Shown here: positions 39,712 to 52,904 of the stretch, piece after piece
Numbering within the stretch: the stretch's first letter is position 1
Layout of the letters: every line of letters begins with the position of its first letter
Source: Rotaria socialis
Taxonomy: Eukaryota
Length of the DNA stretch: 64,000 nucleotides
Assembly: GCA_905331295.1 (NCBI GenBank)
Contig: CAJNYD010000067.1
Location: forward strand, 62,001-126,000
Direction of reading: 5' to 3'
Program-made: the position numbers and the translations under genes
The notes under the pieces: generated by a model
What the model saw: the letters and a program-made list of their open reading frames with translations, nothing else
What the model was told of the DNA's origin: nothing
Databases searched by the model: none

Positions 39712-40796
39712 ATGATTGATCATTCACACGATTCTTTACATTATCAAACAATGACAAATCTTTCGCCGTCATCGACAATAAATTATAGCAATCATCATCA
39801 AGATCTCCTTTATCCTTCATCTATTTATCATCATTCATCCGAAGTTATTGTTAGTCCACATCGTTCAACCCTTTTGGTTAATTCTAATCATCAACAAAAA
39901 CAACGAAATCGTACTATGGAACAAACAGATTCAGATTGTGATCATGATAGTTCATCATCATCATCGATAACAAATTCATCGAAATTAAAAAAACGACGCG
40001 CCAATCTACCTAAAGATAGCGTAAGACGAAACAAAAATGGTTATATGAAACCAGCTGTTATTTTATTTTCTTCTTTGTTATTCTCTAGGTTCGTATACTT
40101 AAAAATTGGCTTTACGAACATCGTTATAATGCCTATCCAACCGATGACGAAAAAGCCAATCTATCTCATCGTGCTGATCTATCAATAAATCAAGTTTGCA
40201 ATTGGTTTATCAATGCACGTCGACGTATATTACCTGATTTATTAAAAAAAGAAGGAACAGATCCAAAAAAATTTACTATATCAAGACGTTTTTCCCGTGA
40301 TCAAAAACGCTCATCACCGTCATTATCTGCTATTTGTTCGACAAGTGGAGAAAATACATCAAACGAAACCACATCATCATCATCGTCATCGTCATCATCA
40401 TCGTCGACCACTACTACCACAACAACAGCAACAGATATAAATCTTCTTGTTGAACGTAGTTCATCACCATCATTAATACTAACAAATAACTCTAATGTTC
40501 TTAATAAACAATCATCATCTATTGAACCTTGTTGTATGACACGGCATCATCTTCTATTAAAACCTATTCGTGATCCTACTGTTATTAATTTAATATCAAG
40601 TGAACAACAGCAAACATGTACTGTTCGTTCAAATGATTCACTGCCACCACCACCACCACCACCACCAGCAACAACAACAACAAGTAATACTACTGGTGAT
40701 CTTGCCGGTTTTCAACTTCTTGTCGATGTAGCCGTTAAAGAACTACATCGAATACAACAAGATGGTAATAGTAGCGTACCACTACTTTGCAACTAG
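39712..40796 (+). CDS. TGIF: TGIF-class TALE homeodomain repressor; intron 40021-40088
   Basis: [29 protein letters not shown]...[31 protein letters not shown]; conserved C-terminal FQLLVDVA. Confidence 0.95.
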
Positions 40797-42315
40797 TTTC
40801 TTGTGTCTTCCTTTTCCCCCTATGCCAGAAAAAAAAACACTAGCCATTTTTTCTTTTTCTTTTCGTTTTGTGTAAACAGTATGTTTTTTTCTCTTTCTCT
40901 TCTTTTAGAAGGGTTTTGTTTTTCTTTTTTTTCTTTTTTTATGTTCATGGTGCTTTAGTTCATTCATGAGATGAGGAATAAACAAAACATATATACTTAT
41001 ATATGTATATATAAATATATCTATATATTTATATAAATATGTATATATATATAAGTATGTCAAAAAATGATGTAGATATACAATGTCTTGTGTCAAATAT
41101 TGGCTAATGTGATTTTTTTGTTGGGTCTGCTATATTGACAACGCCTTGTTGTCAAATCAATTAAGAATAACAGTTATATTTTCTTCCGAAAGACTAAACC
41201 ATAGACAGAAATGCATTGTTTTCTCTCTAAACAGAAGAATGAGTACATAGGAAAAAAAGATTGTTTACATTGCCAGTCAATTAAAAGGGCACAAAACATC
41301 TTTTGTTTAGTTGTTCGTCTCTTCTTCTTCTTCTCCTATTTTTTTTGTTTGACTAAGTAGATTAATTTGATTGATTGATTGATTGATGGATGTTTTATAT
41401 ATCCATTTCTATTTGAAATTCTTTATTCTTAAAGGATTTTGTCGTTTGATCTCAGTGATTAAAGTATATATTTATGATAAAAATGAGTGCGATGAGATGA
41501 ATGATCATATATGCGCTCAATTATGTGAATGATGAGACATGTATATAACGTGTATAACTGGAATGCGCCGATGATTATCGTTCAAGTTCATCGTTATTCG
41601 CTCGATTACACTGCATACTCACCATATGCTTATCGTTGTTTGATGACAGCCGATCAATCGTAAATAGAAGAAACATCATGTCATCATAGGCAAAAAAAGT
41701 ATCCATTGAAAGTCTAGTCTGGTAGATAGTTTGACGTCAATAAGCATTTCTTCTGATGTTTTGCTTTTTGATGATGAGAAAATAAACGTTGATAATAAAT
41801 AAATATATGCATTTAATACTCCAAACAAAACAAAAAGCTACGCGACTGATAATCGATTACATAGTTTGATTTATTATTTCGTTTATTTTATTCATTGTCA
41901 TCGCTTGGTTAAGATTGTGTTTCGATAAATATTGATGTTATCGTTACTCGGTTTTATCAATCATGCTTACGAATGAAAAGAAAAACAAACTCCTTTCTCC
42001 ATAGTAGAATGAAATGAAAATATTTTTGTGTTGGTGGATACCACTTCAAGGCAATTATTCGATTATTCTTCACAATTTTATTATATCAGGAGATAAGTTA
42101 AATTTCTTTGAAAACGCGAAAAAATCTAGTTTTTTTAACGAGAGCCTGAAGATTTATTTCTGATAACGATGAAGTCTACGAATAAATGATCGATGGTGAT
42201 ATTTCTAAATGTCAAAGCTGGATAGGCATGAGTACATCAGTGTATTCGAGTAGGATTATTATTGTTCTACTCTTCATCGCATGAGTATTCTCCTAGTGCG
42301 AGAACGATCGATACA

Positions 42316-42748
42316 CTAGGACTAAAAAGCAGGCAGAAATGCTCGTGCTTGCGCTCAGCTGTGACAGATGTAAGAACTGAGAAGATGATGATTACAGCTG
42401 TCCATGGTTTTTTGACAGTATTCCTTGGAATACGGTCGTTTATGATAAGATAAGACATGAAAATCGACCAACCGCAATGATTACAATCATCGTCGTAAGT
42501 GACCGTAGACGGCCGAAAACTGTAATCTATATATTGTCGTTGCCTATGCAGTTTTCATTCGTAAATACCATAAATTGACTTTTTGGCGAATACAATATGA
42601 TAATCGTATTTTATCGTATTGCAAGCGATTGATAACAGACCGTAAAAAGGTCTGACAATTGAATTTCTAATTGTTTACAATATTCTTTATAATAAATGGT
42701 AACAGAACTATTAGAAAATGTTCTTATGACCGTATTGCTTTGACTTGC
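42316..42748. mobile_element. Decayed relative of the CCCAGG-type MITE family
   Basis: Residual TACGG/CCGTA repeats; right end CCGTATTGCTTTGACTTG resembles CCGTACTGTTCGACCTAG at 5618-5635. Confidence 0.35.
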
Positions 42749-45255
42749 AGCACTGCGTTTACGTTCTATGTAAACCGCGTTCTCTCTCTCTCTCTCTCTC
42801 TCTGTAGGATGACGATTACAGTTATTGAAAGTATCAGTAATAGTATAGTGGGCTGTTTTTTCTTTTCATACAATTCTCTGCTGTCAATGATTGTAGATTG
42901 ATATTTATGTGGTGCATTATGATAATCGTCTTTTATCGTGACCTTGACAGTCGATAACAGCCTAAAAGTGGAGCATTTAACGGCTTCGAATTGTAAATAA
43001 TACAGTGAAATATATATATACATATATTCGTCATACTAGATGTCATAATCAAGGAAAAACAATATTCAAGCGAATCTGTTTTGTAATCATATGTTTTTGG
43101 CTGAAGTGATTTAGTCGAGTCGTAAAAGACTTGTATGATTTAGATAAAAAGCAGTATGGCGCCTATGAACGAGTCATTTATGACAGTATTCTTTTGATGA
43201 AATTGCTTTGATCTGTCAAGAGTCTATCTAAATGATGATGTAAGGTCTTTTCATGGACTCGTTCGATATCAGTCCTGTAGAACTCAATTATCATCTGATA
43301 TCTTGTCTTGTTCGAAGTGAAAATCGCATGAAATTAAGATTGGAAAATTATTAATTTGGTGCTTCAAAAATACCATTGAGAACTAGTCTAACAACGATTT
43401 TATTCGACTTTCTGTTGTTATTGAATTTGATCAAAATTTTATAATAGGATTCTATACATAAAGATGATAGAGTGACGTCATGATTTTGAATAAGAGAAAT
43501 TGCGAATATAACCTCTGAATAATCCAGATTACATCTCCGTTGATATGACGATCAAACGGCACTCAAAAATCCTTGACAAAACGCTATGGAAAAAATCTCT
43601 TCATTAGGGTTCGATAGTATTCGTCACTACTTAAATACGGTACCTACGATAACAATTGAAAATAGTTACCAATGTCTGATTATAACTATGTTGGTCTGTA
43701 CGATATAGACTTCGAAACAATCTGGATCAATTGAATATTGTTCAAAGATTAACACATAAAAATAAAAGTTGAACAATCTAGAATATTGTCATTACAAACA
43801 AATTCGCGTGATTGTTTCACTTTATCTGAACCATGTATTCTTACTGTTTTTGAAGTGTGTTTGATACTTGTGATCTGTTTATTTGTACGACAGAGAATAA
43901 GATCGAGATAAACCGAATAGAAGTTATCATCAATAAAAAAATACTTCAAATTCTATCAGATGAATTGCTGGTGACTCTTTTTAATCGTTTTATGTACTGT
44001 AAAGGTGCAACATTTTCTAGTGCATTAACAGTGCAAAAAAAACAGTACGAGGTGCTTATCCTTGAAAAACGAAGGGTATTCTTTGACAGCGAGAGAAACT
44101 TAATTACAAAAATGATCATTCTGGATATGCTATATGGTTGAAAAGAAGCAACAAATGTTTCTTTGTTTTAGAAATTCACAATGCTCCTTGAAAAAGACAC
44201 GTTTCTTCGAACTATTTCGATTTATTCACTTTTTTGCATCACACAAACAACTAATTGAAGCAAAATAATGCACATGCTGAATATTCAGGCGTTGCCGGTT
44301 TCTTTTCTGCAAGTGCATTGATAAAGACACTTAGAAAAGCGCTTCACAGATTGGAAGGAGGTCAATTGTTCGCTGGGAGACCTAAAAAAAACTCTTGTGT
44401 TTTTATGTAACAAGTATTAGTAGGATGAACAGTAACTAAAAATTGATTTATATCGTGTCTCCAACAGGTGTTATAATATATTAGGTCGATAAGACCAAAG
44501 GAAGCTTCCTAGAGGGATTCTCTTTATGACATCACAAAATCACCAAAAAGTCCATTCGATAGTCTAAGCACCTACGCTTATGGATATCGTTTAAAAGTTC
44601 ACTTCTGTACCTTTCGACTTGAGATAACTAGCGACTTTAATCACTTGTATAAATCATCCATAATATGCCAATGGTGGAAAATGCAATTTTGCGCAGGCAA
44701 ACGCCATCTTTCTTCTGTTCTTGTTGCCAAAGTAATATCCTTTAGAAGTATTCAAAGTGCATAGATGCGTTGAAAAATTGTTTTTTCCCTTTTATGTGTG
44801 GTAATAATGAAAGCAGATAGGTTTCCTTTTGTCAATGTCGAACCACATGATAAATTTCGGGTTGAACCTCCGTCTTTCATCATTATGTTTATTTTTATAT
44901 ATTATTTTCAATTTTTGATATGAATTTTATTAACATATTTTAGATTTTGTTTTATTGTATCCAAAGAAATAATATGATAAGAAAGAAATCGTTTATTATC
45001 CTATAAAGTCTTGTTTTGGTAAATAAATAAAAACCCTTTTCTATTCATTATAAATAATTATTATTCTAATTTTATTATTTAGTTCAGTATTTATTCATAT
45101 TGATTTGTCGTTGAGTAAAAACTAAAATTTACATGCTTTCATATTTAATCTGTTGATTATTTTATTTCAGTTGTCAAATTCGTGCGTGCTTATTTGTTTC
45201 GTGTGCCATCCTAATTTTGCCACGATCCAAATGCACTTGCTGTTGAGCATTGGCG

Positions 45256-48200
45256 ATGCATGGTAGCAAACACAGAACAACGGATGGGTAGATTTTCGAC
45301 AAAAATTTAGTATATCATTTTTTTTACTTTCTCGTAGTCTGTATGAAACCCGAAAAGACGGTGGCGGATATTCGGTAGGTATTTTTCATGTGTTTTGTAA
45401 TTCTTCAAGTATATTCATAGATGCTGAAGGTTTGGTATATAGTGAATATGAACTTGTTTTTAGGATACGTCTTTGAACGACGTCATGAAAAAAAAGCTTA
45501 CGGCACAGTTTCTCGTTGAAATGTTAAAAGGAAATCATTATTTTATGTCTGTAAGCGTTAAATTAAGTTTGTTAAAATTGACTCTCTGTTTGTTGTTAGT
45601 CAGTTATTTTTATAATCAAATGAAGCTTTTATTATGACGAATAGCATTGACAGTGAATAATGAAAAGAGTCAAACATGTCATTTTTGTAGGAAAAACGTT
45701 AGGATTAATGCAATAAATTTTTTCTTCTAGTTAGAGAAATATTTTAAATCTAACATTTTCGGATATCTGAAGATGTAGAGCAATCATAAATCAATTTTGG
45801 AGATCTGCCAGGGCGAATTGAATAAAATTTTCTCTTCTCATGAAAATCTGCTGTCTTAAATTTCCGCTTGAAAGAACGAGTTACAGTAGTCGTTGTAAAA
45901 ATTCATATTGAACCTTTTAGATATTTGATAAGTTTCTTTTTCAAGGCAGAGTTTTTATCCGATTCTATTAACAGGTCTTGATCTTCTCATTTTTGCATAT
46001 ATAAACAGTCGGGTACTATGATGTCTGAGGAACTCCATATTTCGACTCCTATTTACAAAGTACTTTTTGATTGTATCAGAAATGAAATGGTTTCCGGTCA
46101 CCTGTTCTATAGGATACTGATCACTGTATCATATTAAGAAAACTATTTATCTAATTTGATTGTAGTCAACAAAACGAGAGTGGAATTTGCAAAGCCATGG
46201 ATTTAATGATGATTCACCCAATCATCGAAAATACATTCGAACACAATGTAATATTTTTAAAGAATTTTATCGATTGAAAACGAAAAATCGTTTGTTTATT
46301 TAGCTTCTTCAAGTAATCGAACTGTGCCATCGTCGTCGTCGTTTTCTCAGCAGCAACGTCAAAATGGCGACAAGGATAAGAAAACACTCAAAGATGTACG
46401 TTTTTGACTTTTCGTCGTCTTCCAATTATTGAAATTTCATTTTCTAGGCAAAAAAACCGCTTCGCGTATTTGGTGATTGGTCTGAATTTAAAAGTTCAAC
46501 AGGTATAATATTAATTAAGCTATTTAACTATGATTCAGTTTAAAATCTATTTTTAAGGAAAAACCTATTTCTACAATTGTAAGACAGAAATTTCTCAATG
46601 GGAAAAACCTAAAGGATGGCCAACAGACGAGTAAGATAATCTACAAAATTTCTGCTTAGAATAAAAACATCTTTGTTTTTAATCTTTATTTAGAACATCA
46701 TCTTCAACTGCTCGATCGTCCTCCACATCTTTTTCCACTGATCGAACTAAAAAAGGTTTTTCGCTTGGTCTTTCTTATTAGTTATTTTGTAATCATTTTT
46801 GTTTTCAATAGAATCAACCAATACGAATAGTTCACCTTCAGTTCGTTCTCGATATAAGATGGATGAATCCTCAGAAAATTCTCGTTATCAACAAAAAGAT
46901 ATCCCTATTCCTAATTCGTCCATTAAATATGAACAAAATGGTGATATTCATTCTCATTCATTAAATCATTTTAGTCACGAATCATTAAAACCTAATGAAT
47001 CATTTTATACGACTTCCAATCTTCGTCAACCTAGTCCAAGTAAAATTCAATTAGAAAATAACAATTCCTTATTGTTCATTTTTAGGTGATGATAATTCAC
47101 GAATGTCATTTTCATCGACGAGTAGTAAAGAATCATCAGCTATGAACATTTCTGAACGGAATGGTAATGGACATGAAAATAATGGTGGTGTTCTACATTC
47201 GTCATTATCTGAACCCGGTAAACAGAAAAGATTTTCGTAAAAGCTAAGTGTGAGAAAAAATATTGAATAATTTTACATTTTATCAACTTGCCTCTCCGAT
47301 TGACATTCAAACTTCGTTACTGTTGATAGAAAACATTTCTATAAATGAATAACTTTCTATGTTTGCTTAGTTTTTAAAGCTATTTCAGTATCTACTCCAG
47401 TGTCTGATATGTCCAATAAACCTCGTGAAAAAGAACCAATCTCTTTAAATGGTAGGATAAACAAGATCTAGTTAATAAAAAATAAGCGCATTATCTCGAT
47501 TTAGGAAATGAAGCAAAACCTTCCTCAACTCGAACAGCAACAACAGAAAAAACGTAAATAATAAACGTTCTTTATTTTTTTTTAATTCTAAATTTCGCGG
47601 TTTATTTTTCAGTACAGAAATCGAACCAGCTACTCCAACAATTTCAAAAACTGAACGAGATCAAGAATTTCACAAATATTATCGTGTTGGTTTAATTCAA
47701 CATTTAACTGATTGGCCGTCAAATCAACTAGAAAAACAGGTTTGGAAAAATTTGAAATCGTTTCTTCTAAATTATTTTCTTCTAAACCTAGTGTTTAAAA
47801 CTTTTTGATGAATATTATGCTTACAGTGCTAAAATGTCAACAGGATTCATCGAACTTAAAGCATTAAAATCGAACTTTCGCGTACTTGAAATAAAACAAA
47901 ATATTCTAAGACGAAGGTTAGTATATGGAATTGATTATGCAAAACAAGTGCTGAAATTTACGGAGAGATTTTCACACTGAATTACTAAATCAGAGAGCAG
48001 ACTTATGAAAAACTCCGTCGAATTGCCTTTTCATCGAATTATTATTGCCAAACTAATAAGTTACAAGTGACTGTCCATTGATTGAAATATTTGAAGATAC
48101 TGTCACTCCAAAAATTCAGCATTATTCTTTGATTTAATAACTAGCTGAATTTTCTAAAAAGTTGTCTAAACGTAATTATTTCTAGCAGAAGCACTGCAAT

Positions 48201-48714
48201 TATTAGTATTACATGCTTTTTACTGAACTATGGATCCTACGAAGAAAACAAAAGTTTTTCAAAGGAAATTTATCCAGAATAGATTCGAGTCTATATGTCA
48301 ATTGAAAGAAAAAAGTAGTCAATCTTCTCTTATTCGGTTAGCTGTCAAAATTCTCTCCCTGACCAATCAGCTAATTAATTTAACCATTTGTGTCACTAGG
48401 GAACTTTGAAAGTTATTTATATTAATAACAATAATGTCGTTGGTGAAACAAAACGGCATCGATGCGCATGATCGCTCTAGAATGACGTTTCGTTATACGT
48501 TACACAAGTAAAACGTAACTTTTATCGCTATGAAAATAAGGAATTTTTAAGTTGATTGATAATCTCCCTATGACTTTCAATAGTCGATGTATATTTTGTT
48601 CTTCGAGGGATTTTACTAAAAAGATTTTTGTCGAAAACTAAATTATTTTTCTATTTAAGACTTCTCCGGTGTCAACAACACGTTAGAGAACGAGAAGATG
48701 ATAAACTGTTATAA
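45256..48714 (+). CDS. WAC: WW domain-containing adapter with coiled-coil
   Basis: WW domain [31 protein letters not shown] (46449-46629); C-terminus LIQHLTDWPSNQLEKQ...ELKALKSNFRVLEIKQ matches WAC. 5' exons approximate. Confidence 0.87.
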
Positions 48715-49116
48715 TTTTTTTGTTTGTTTTTGTTTTCCTTTTAAATGTTTTCTCAAGCAGCAATTTGTATTTGCACGCACAATATATGTGTTAAAATTGT
48801 TCATTCTTAACGCGAATTTGTTCGATATTGTATGTTATTGTTTTTCTATTTCTGTGTGTCAGATAATAAGAAATATGTTGACATCAGTAGTTTTCTGGCC
48901 AATTCAATGATGCTGCTTAGTGATGATGATGATCGGATCTCTTTCCTCTGGTTTGGTGTCTCTTGCTGTCTTTTTCTTTTCTTTTTTTTGTTCTTTCCAT
49001 TAAAAACAAAACCTAAATCAGCCCCTACTCTTATGTATCGATGTGTTCTTCTTTATATTGTGTACCTTTGGTTTTTCTGTTGTTTATTCTTTTTTTGAAA
49101 AAGTTACACATTATAT

Positions 49117-49155
<39 letters not shown>

Positions 49156-50710
49156 AAAAATATCATATTTGTGGACAAAGAAATGTTTTGATAGAATACG
49201 ATTAAAAACATGAAAAATGGAAATAGTTTTATTTCTTTTAGAAATTTCGATTAAATCTAAGGTAAATATTATCGTTGATTAAAATAATAAATTTTTACCA
49301 ACGAAAATATTTTGAATAGAAAGTTTCAATAGCATACTTCCTCTAGGTACTTGCATGATTTTTTGGTAGTTTGATTACTTTTTTTGTTTGGAAGACGAGT
49401 AGTTCCTTGATCAAAATAATTGCGGTATTAGTATGAAGATTTTCTTTGGACTGTTTATACGTGGCTTTTTTAGTTTTTATTTCTTATTTTATTAATTAAA
49501 ATAATCATAAAGCTACTCATTGATGTCCTTCAAGAAAATAAGACTCTTAAAATGTTTTTCAGTAAGCATAAAAGACTGTGGTCTACTGATAATTCATGCT
49601 TCATATTCATGATTAAGCATATGCGGAATGAATTAAAAAACATAGTTTATTTTCCTAGACGTATTTACGAATAGTAAAGTGCATTTCATTGTTAAATAAG
49701 ATAATAACTATGCGATGTGATTACTAAAGACGACAGTAGCGAGAATCTGAAGAATGCATTCTGATTACCTTTTTACTCTAAAACAAAACGTATTAGCATG
49801 TGCCCAAGGAAATGACGGAATCCTGATGAGATTTATATGTGTTGGGTGAAATAATGCAACGAGGATAAATTGCCAGTGCACCTATGAGCACGATGCATTC
49901 GTCGTCAGGCAAGCAATAGTCCACTTTTTTTGATTAAAACTATAGATTCCTTTTTTTTGAGAAACAGATTTTGTCTAATTAAAAACTAAGCCTACACTCA
50001 ATAATGCGTCGAGTACAAATTTACTACAGAAAAATATCGAGTAACCTTGAGTAGCTAATAAAGAATGGTAATAATTCAGCGATAGAAATTCATTGGTTAC
50101 GTCGAATAATTCTCTCTCGTTTTATTTACTGTTAGGCGCGACAACTATTTGTAGAATAGTTTTAATGGCTTAAATTTTAAAACCGTGGCTGAAAAAATGT
50201 CTGAATAGCTTAGCACTCAATTAACATTTGGGATATGCGAGATAAAAAAAAACGTTTTTTTTTTCTATTTATAATAGAAACTTTAGTGCTAAAAGGACTT
50301 TTCAAATGTACTGAGAACAACAAAAAAAAACTCATCGACGCTCAAACAATATTACTTTATATAGATCAAAAACTAGATAAAAATTGGGTTAGACATGTAT
50401 TTATAACTAATGCGAAACCAATATTATTTCGCTAGATTAAACAAACAACGTAATAAAACATGAGTTAGCTAATCGAGTTACAGTTTGAAGATTTGAGTTT
50501 CTTATTCTTATGCAATCATCTGTGAATAATTATTTCTTAGAAAAGAAAATAATTGTAATGGAATGTAATTGTGACGATTTATTCGCTATACTGTCTAACC
50601 CTATGATCCACAACAAACGACGATGGCGTGTGTTGATATTTTATAACGAAGTCGAATAGCTATTTATGGAACATGTATTGTGCATACATATTTAACATCT
50701 ATTGTAGATA

Positions 50711-51921
50711 ATGTCAAATGATAATGACCGTCTTCGTGAATTTATATCTTCACCAGTTGATCTAGAGAAATTTCTCGATGATGCAATAAGTTTGAAAGGA
50801 CGTTTAGCATCGTTTGTTGCTTCACATCCTATTGACGATAATAGTCTTGATCCCGTGATTAATATAGCGAAGTCATTGGGCGATTATCGCCAGCATGAAC
50901 CAACGAACGAAGCCACTCGAGTAGAAAATGAAGTTGAAGAAGAACAAGAACAAGACGACGAAGACGACAACGACGATGAAGACACAACATCGAGTACGTG
51001 GCGTATAAGACGAAAAAAGAAAAAACTTGATCCGATTATTTTAAATAATCTTAAATCATATCCGGCGTGCATTGAATATTTATATAAAGAATTTAGTCAA
51101 TCACGTCCGCATGCATCACATGATACAGCGTTTTTAAAAAATATCCGCGAATCAAATCAAGCACCGTCGAATATAGATGACGAAAGGCTTGTGTTAAATT
51201 TACAAATATTTTTTCCTATTGAATCCCGTGATCGTTATCGTCATCAGTTAATGAACGAACTTATTTGTTTATCAACATTAACATTAGCACAAATACGCGA
51301 TGCGATTGAATGTGTCAGTGACGAACAAATTCTCGGTGAATATTCAGAAAATCCAGATCAGATAAAAACTCACGGGCAACGTGCTGGCGATGAAAATACG
51401 GCGGCTTGTTTTATAATTGAATCGGTGATATATGATGATTTGCGTCGAACCGACATGCGTTTAAGTGAGAAAATAATTGAGCAAACAAATACAACTTATA
51501 CTCAAGGCAATACAATGGAAACGACGACTTTAAATGATCTTAAACTTCTGCAACTTGGAAAGCCATACGTTTATTTACATCAAACAAATTGCGAACATGT
51601 CGTTGTATTCAGTGAATTGAAATTACTTGAACAGGACCAATGCCATGATGCAAAGTAAAATTTTATTGATTTGTTTTTCTAACGAAAAGTGTTGCCTCAT
51701 TTATTTTTAGTCTCTATCCATTGTGTCGAATGAAATATCATGGCCGATTCTCCTATTGTTTTCTGTGCAATGTATTCTATGCCAAATGGCTCATTCGAGA
51801 TTCACCTTTGATACCTGATGATCCATGTTTGCTGTGTGAACGATGCTTTAGAGCATGTCATTACGATAAAGACGGAAATAAAGTTGGACAATTTCTTGCA
51901 TATCATTTTCCGCAATTGTAA
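50711..51921 (+). CDS. SNAPC3: snRNA-activating protein complex subunit 3 (SNAP50); intron ~51655-51710
   Basis: TLAQIRDAIECVSD, FIIESVIYDDLR, LGKPYVYLHQTNCEH and the C-terminal zinc motif C..C...P.DPC.LC..CF...HY...G.K.G.F.AY. Confidence 0.93.
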
Positions 51922-52904
51922 TTATAAATAAAACGATTTTTTTCATGCAAATGCCTGCCACAAAACATCATTTTTATCGTTCTTTAACGTGTATACAAGT
52001 TAGATGTATTCGATGTTTGCTTTTTTCTGAATTATCTTTCTATGAAAAAGAAGCATTAAAAGTGCAAACTCAATGTAGACACTTTTCACTGAGGACAAAA
52101 GTTTGCTATCTTAAACAACCAAGCCACTCCCCTCCAGGATCATGCGTTTTTTATGCGTGCGGCAATGTAAAATGGTCTACATCTTTTTTTCTTTTCCTTC
52201 TATTAGTATTTTGCTTCTTCGCTTTTTTCCTCCATTCATTTACTCTCGTCTTTGCTGACGAATGACGTAGTTCGCACACTCAACCAGCTTTCTTCGTTCT
52301 GTACTTTGCTACTATTATAAATGCTCTCAAAGGACGTCATAGCTGTTTTTTTTCTCTCACTCTCTCTCTCTCGCTCTCTTTCTTTTCTTTCATCGATAGC
52401 AACATCAACACATAAAAAAACTGCTCTACTATCACAATATGCCGTTGCTTTCTCTTTCGACTCTATCACCGTTTGCTGAAAAATCCTGTTAATTTTTCTA
52501 CACGATATACCAAATATTGTATTAAAACAAAACGCTGAAAAAGAAAAATCTTTAATACGCAAGTGAGTGTTTTAAAATAATTCCTACTGAATATTCTCGC
52601 GAATGCGAGCAAGTGAAAGAACATGCCAAAAATGCGTTATTACTAGAGTAGATTTGATGCTTCACTGCTTGCACATGCACGAAATTTTCTTTATGGCCAA
52701 ACACATACATAAATACATAGGGGCCTACACAGAGAAACGTATAAATGTGTGGATTCCTTACCTTTTTCTGTTCTGCATCGTTGTATCCAAATTTTCTACA
52801 TTTATATATTTCTTTAAATTCATCTACGCTAGATTGTGTGTTTGGTTATTAATGAAGATTTATTGAAAATAAAAGTATCAATCAAATAAAAATTTGAAAA
52901 AAGC

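Noticed and set aside
43850..44500. Possible Tc1/mariner-like transposase remnant
   Set aside because: Only vague motif resemblance, many stops and no TIRs identified.
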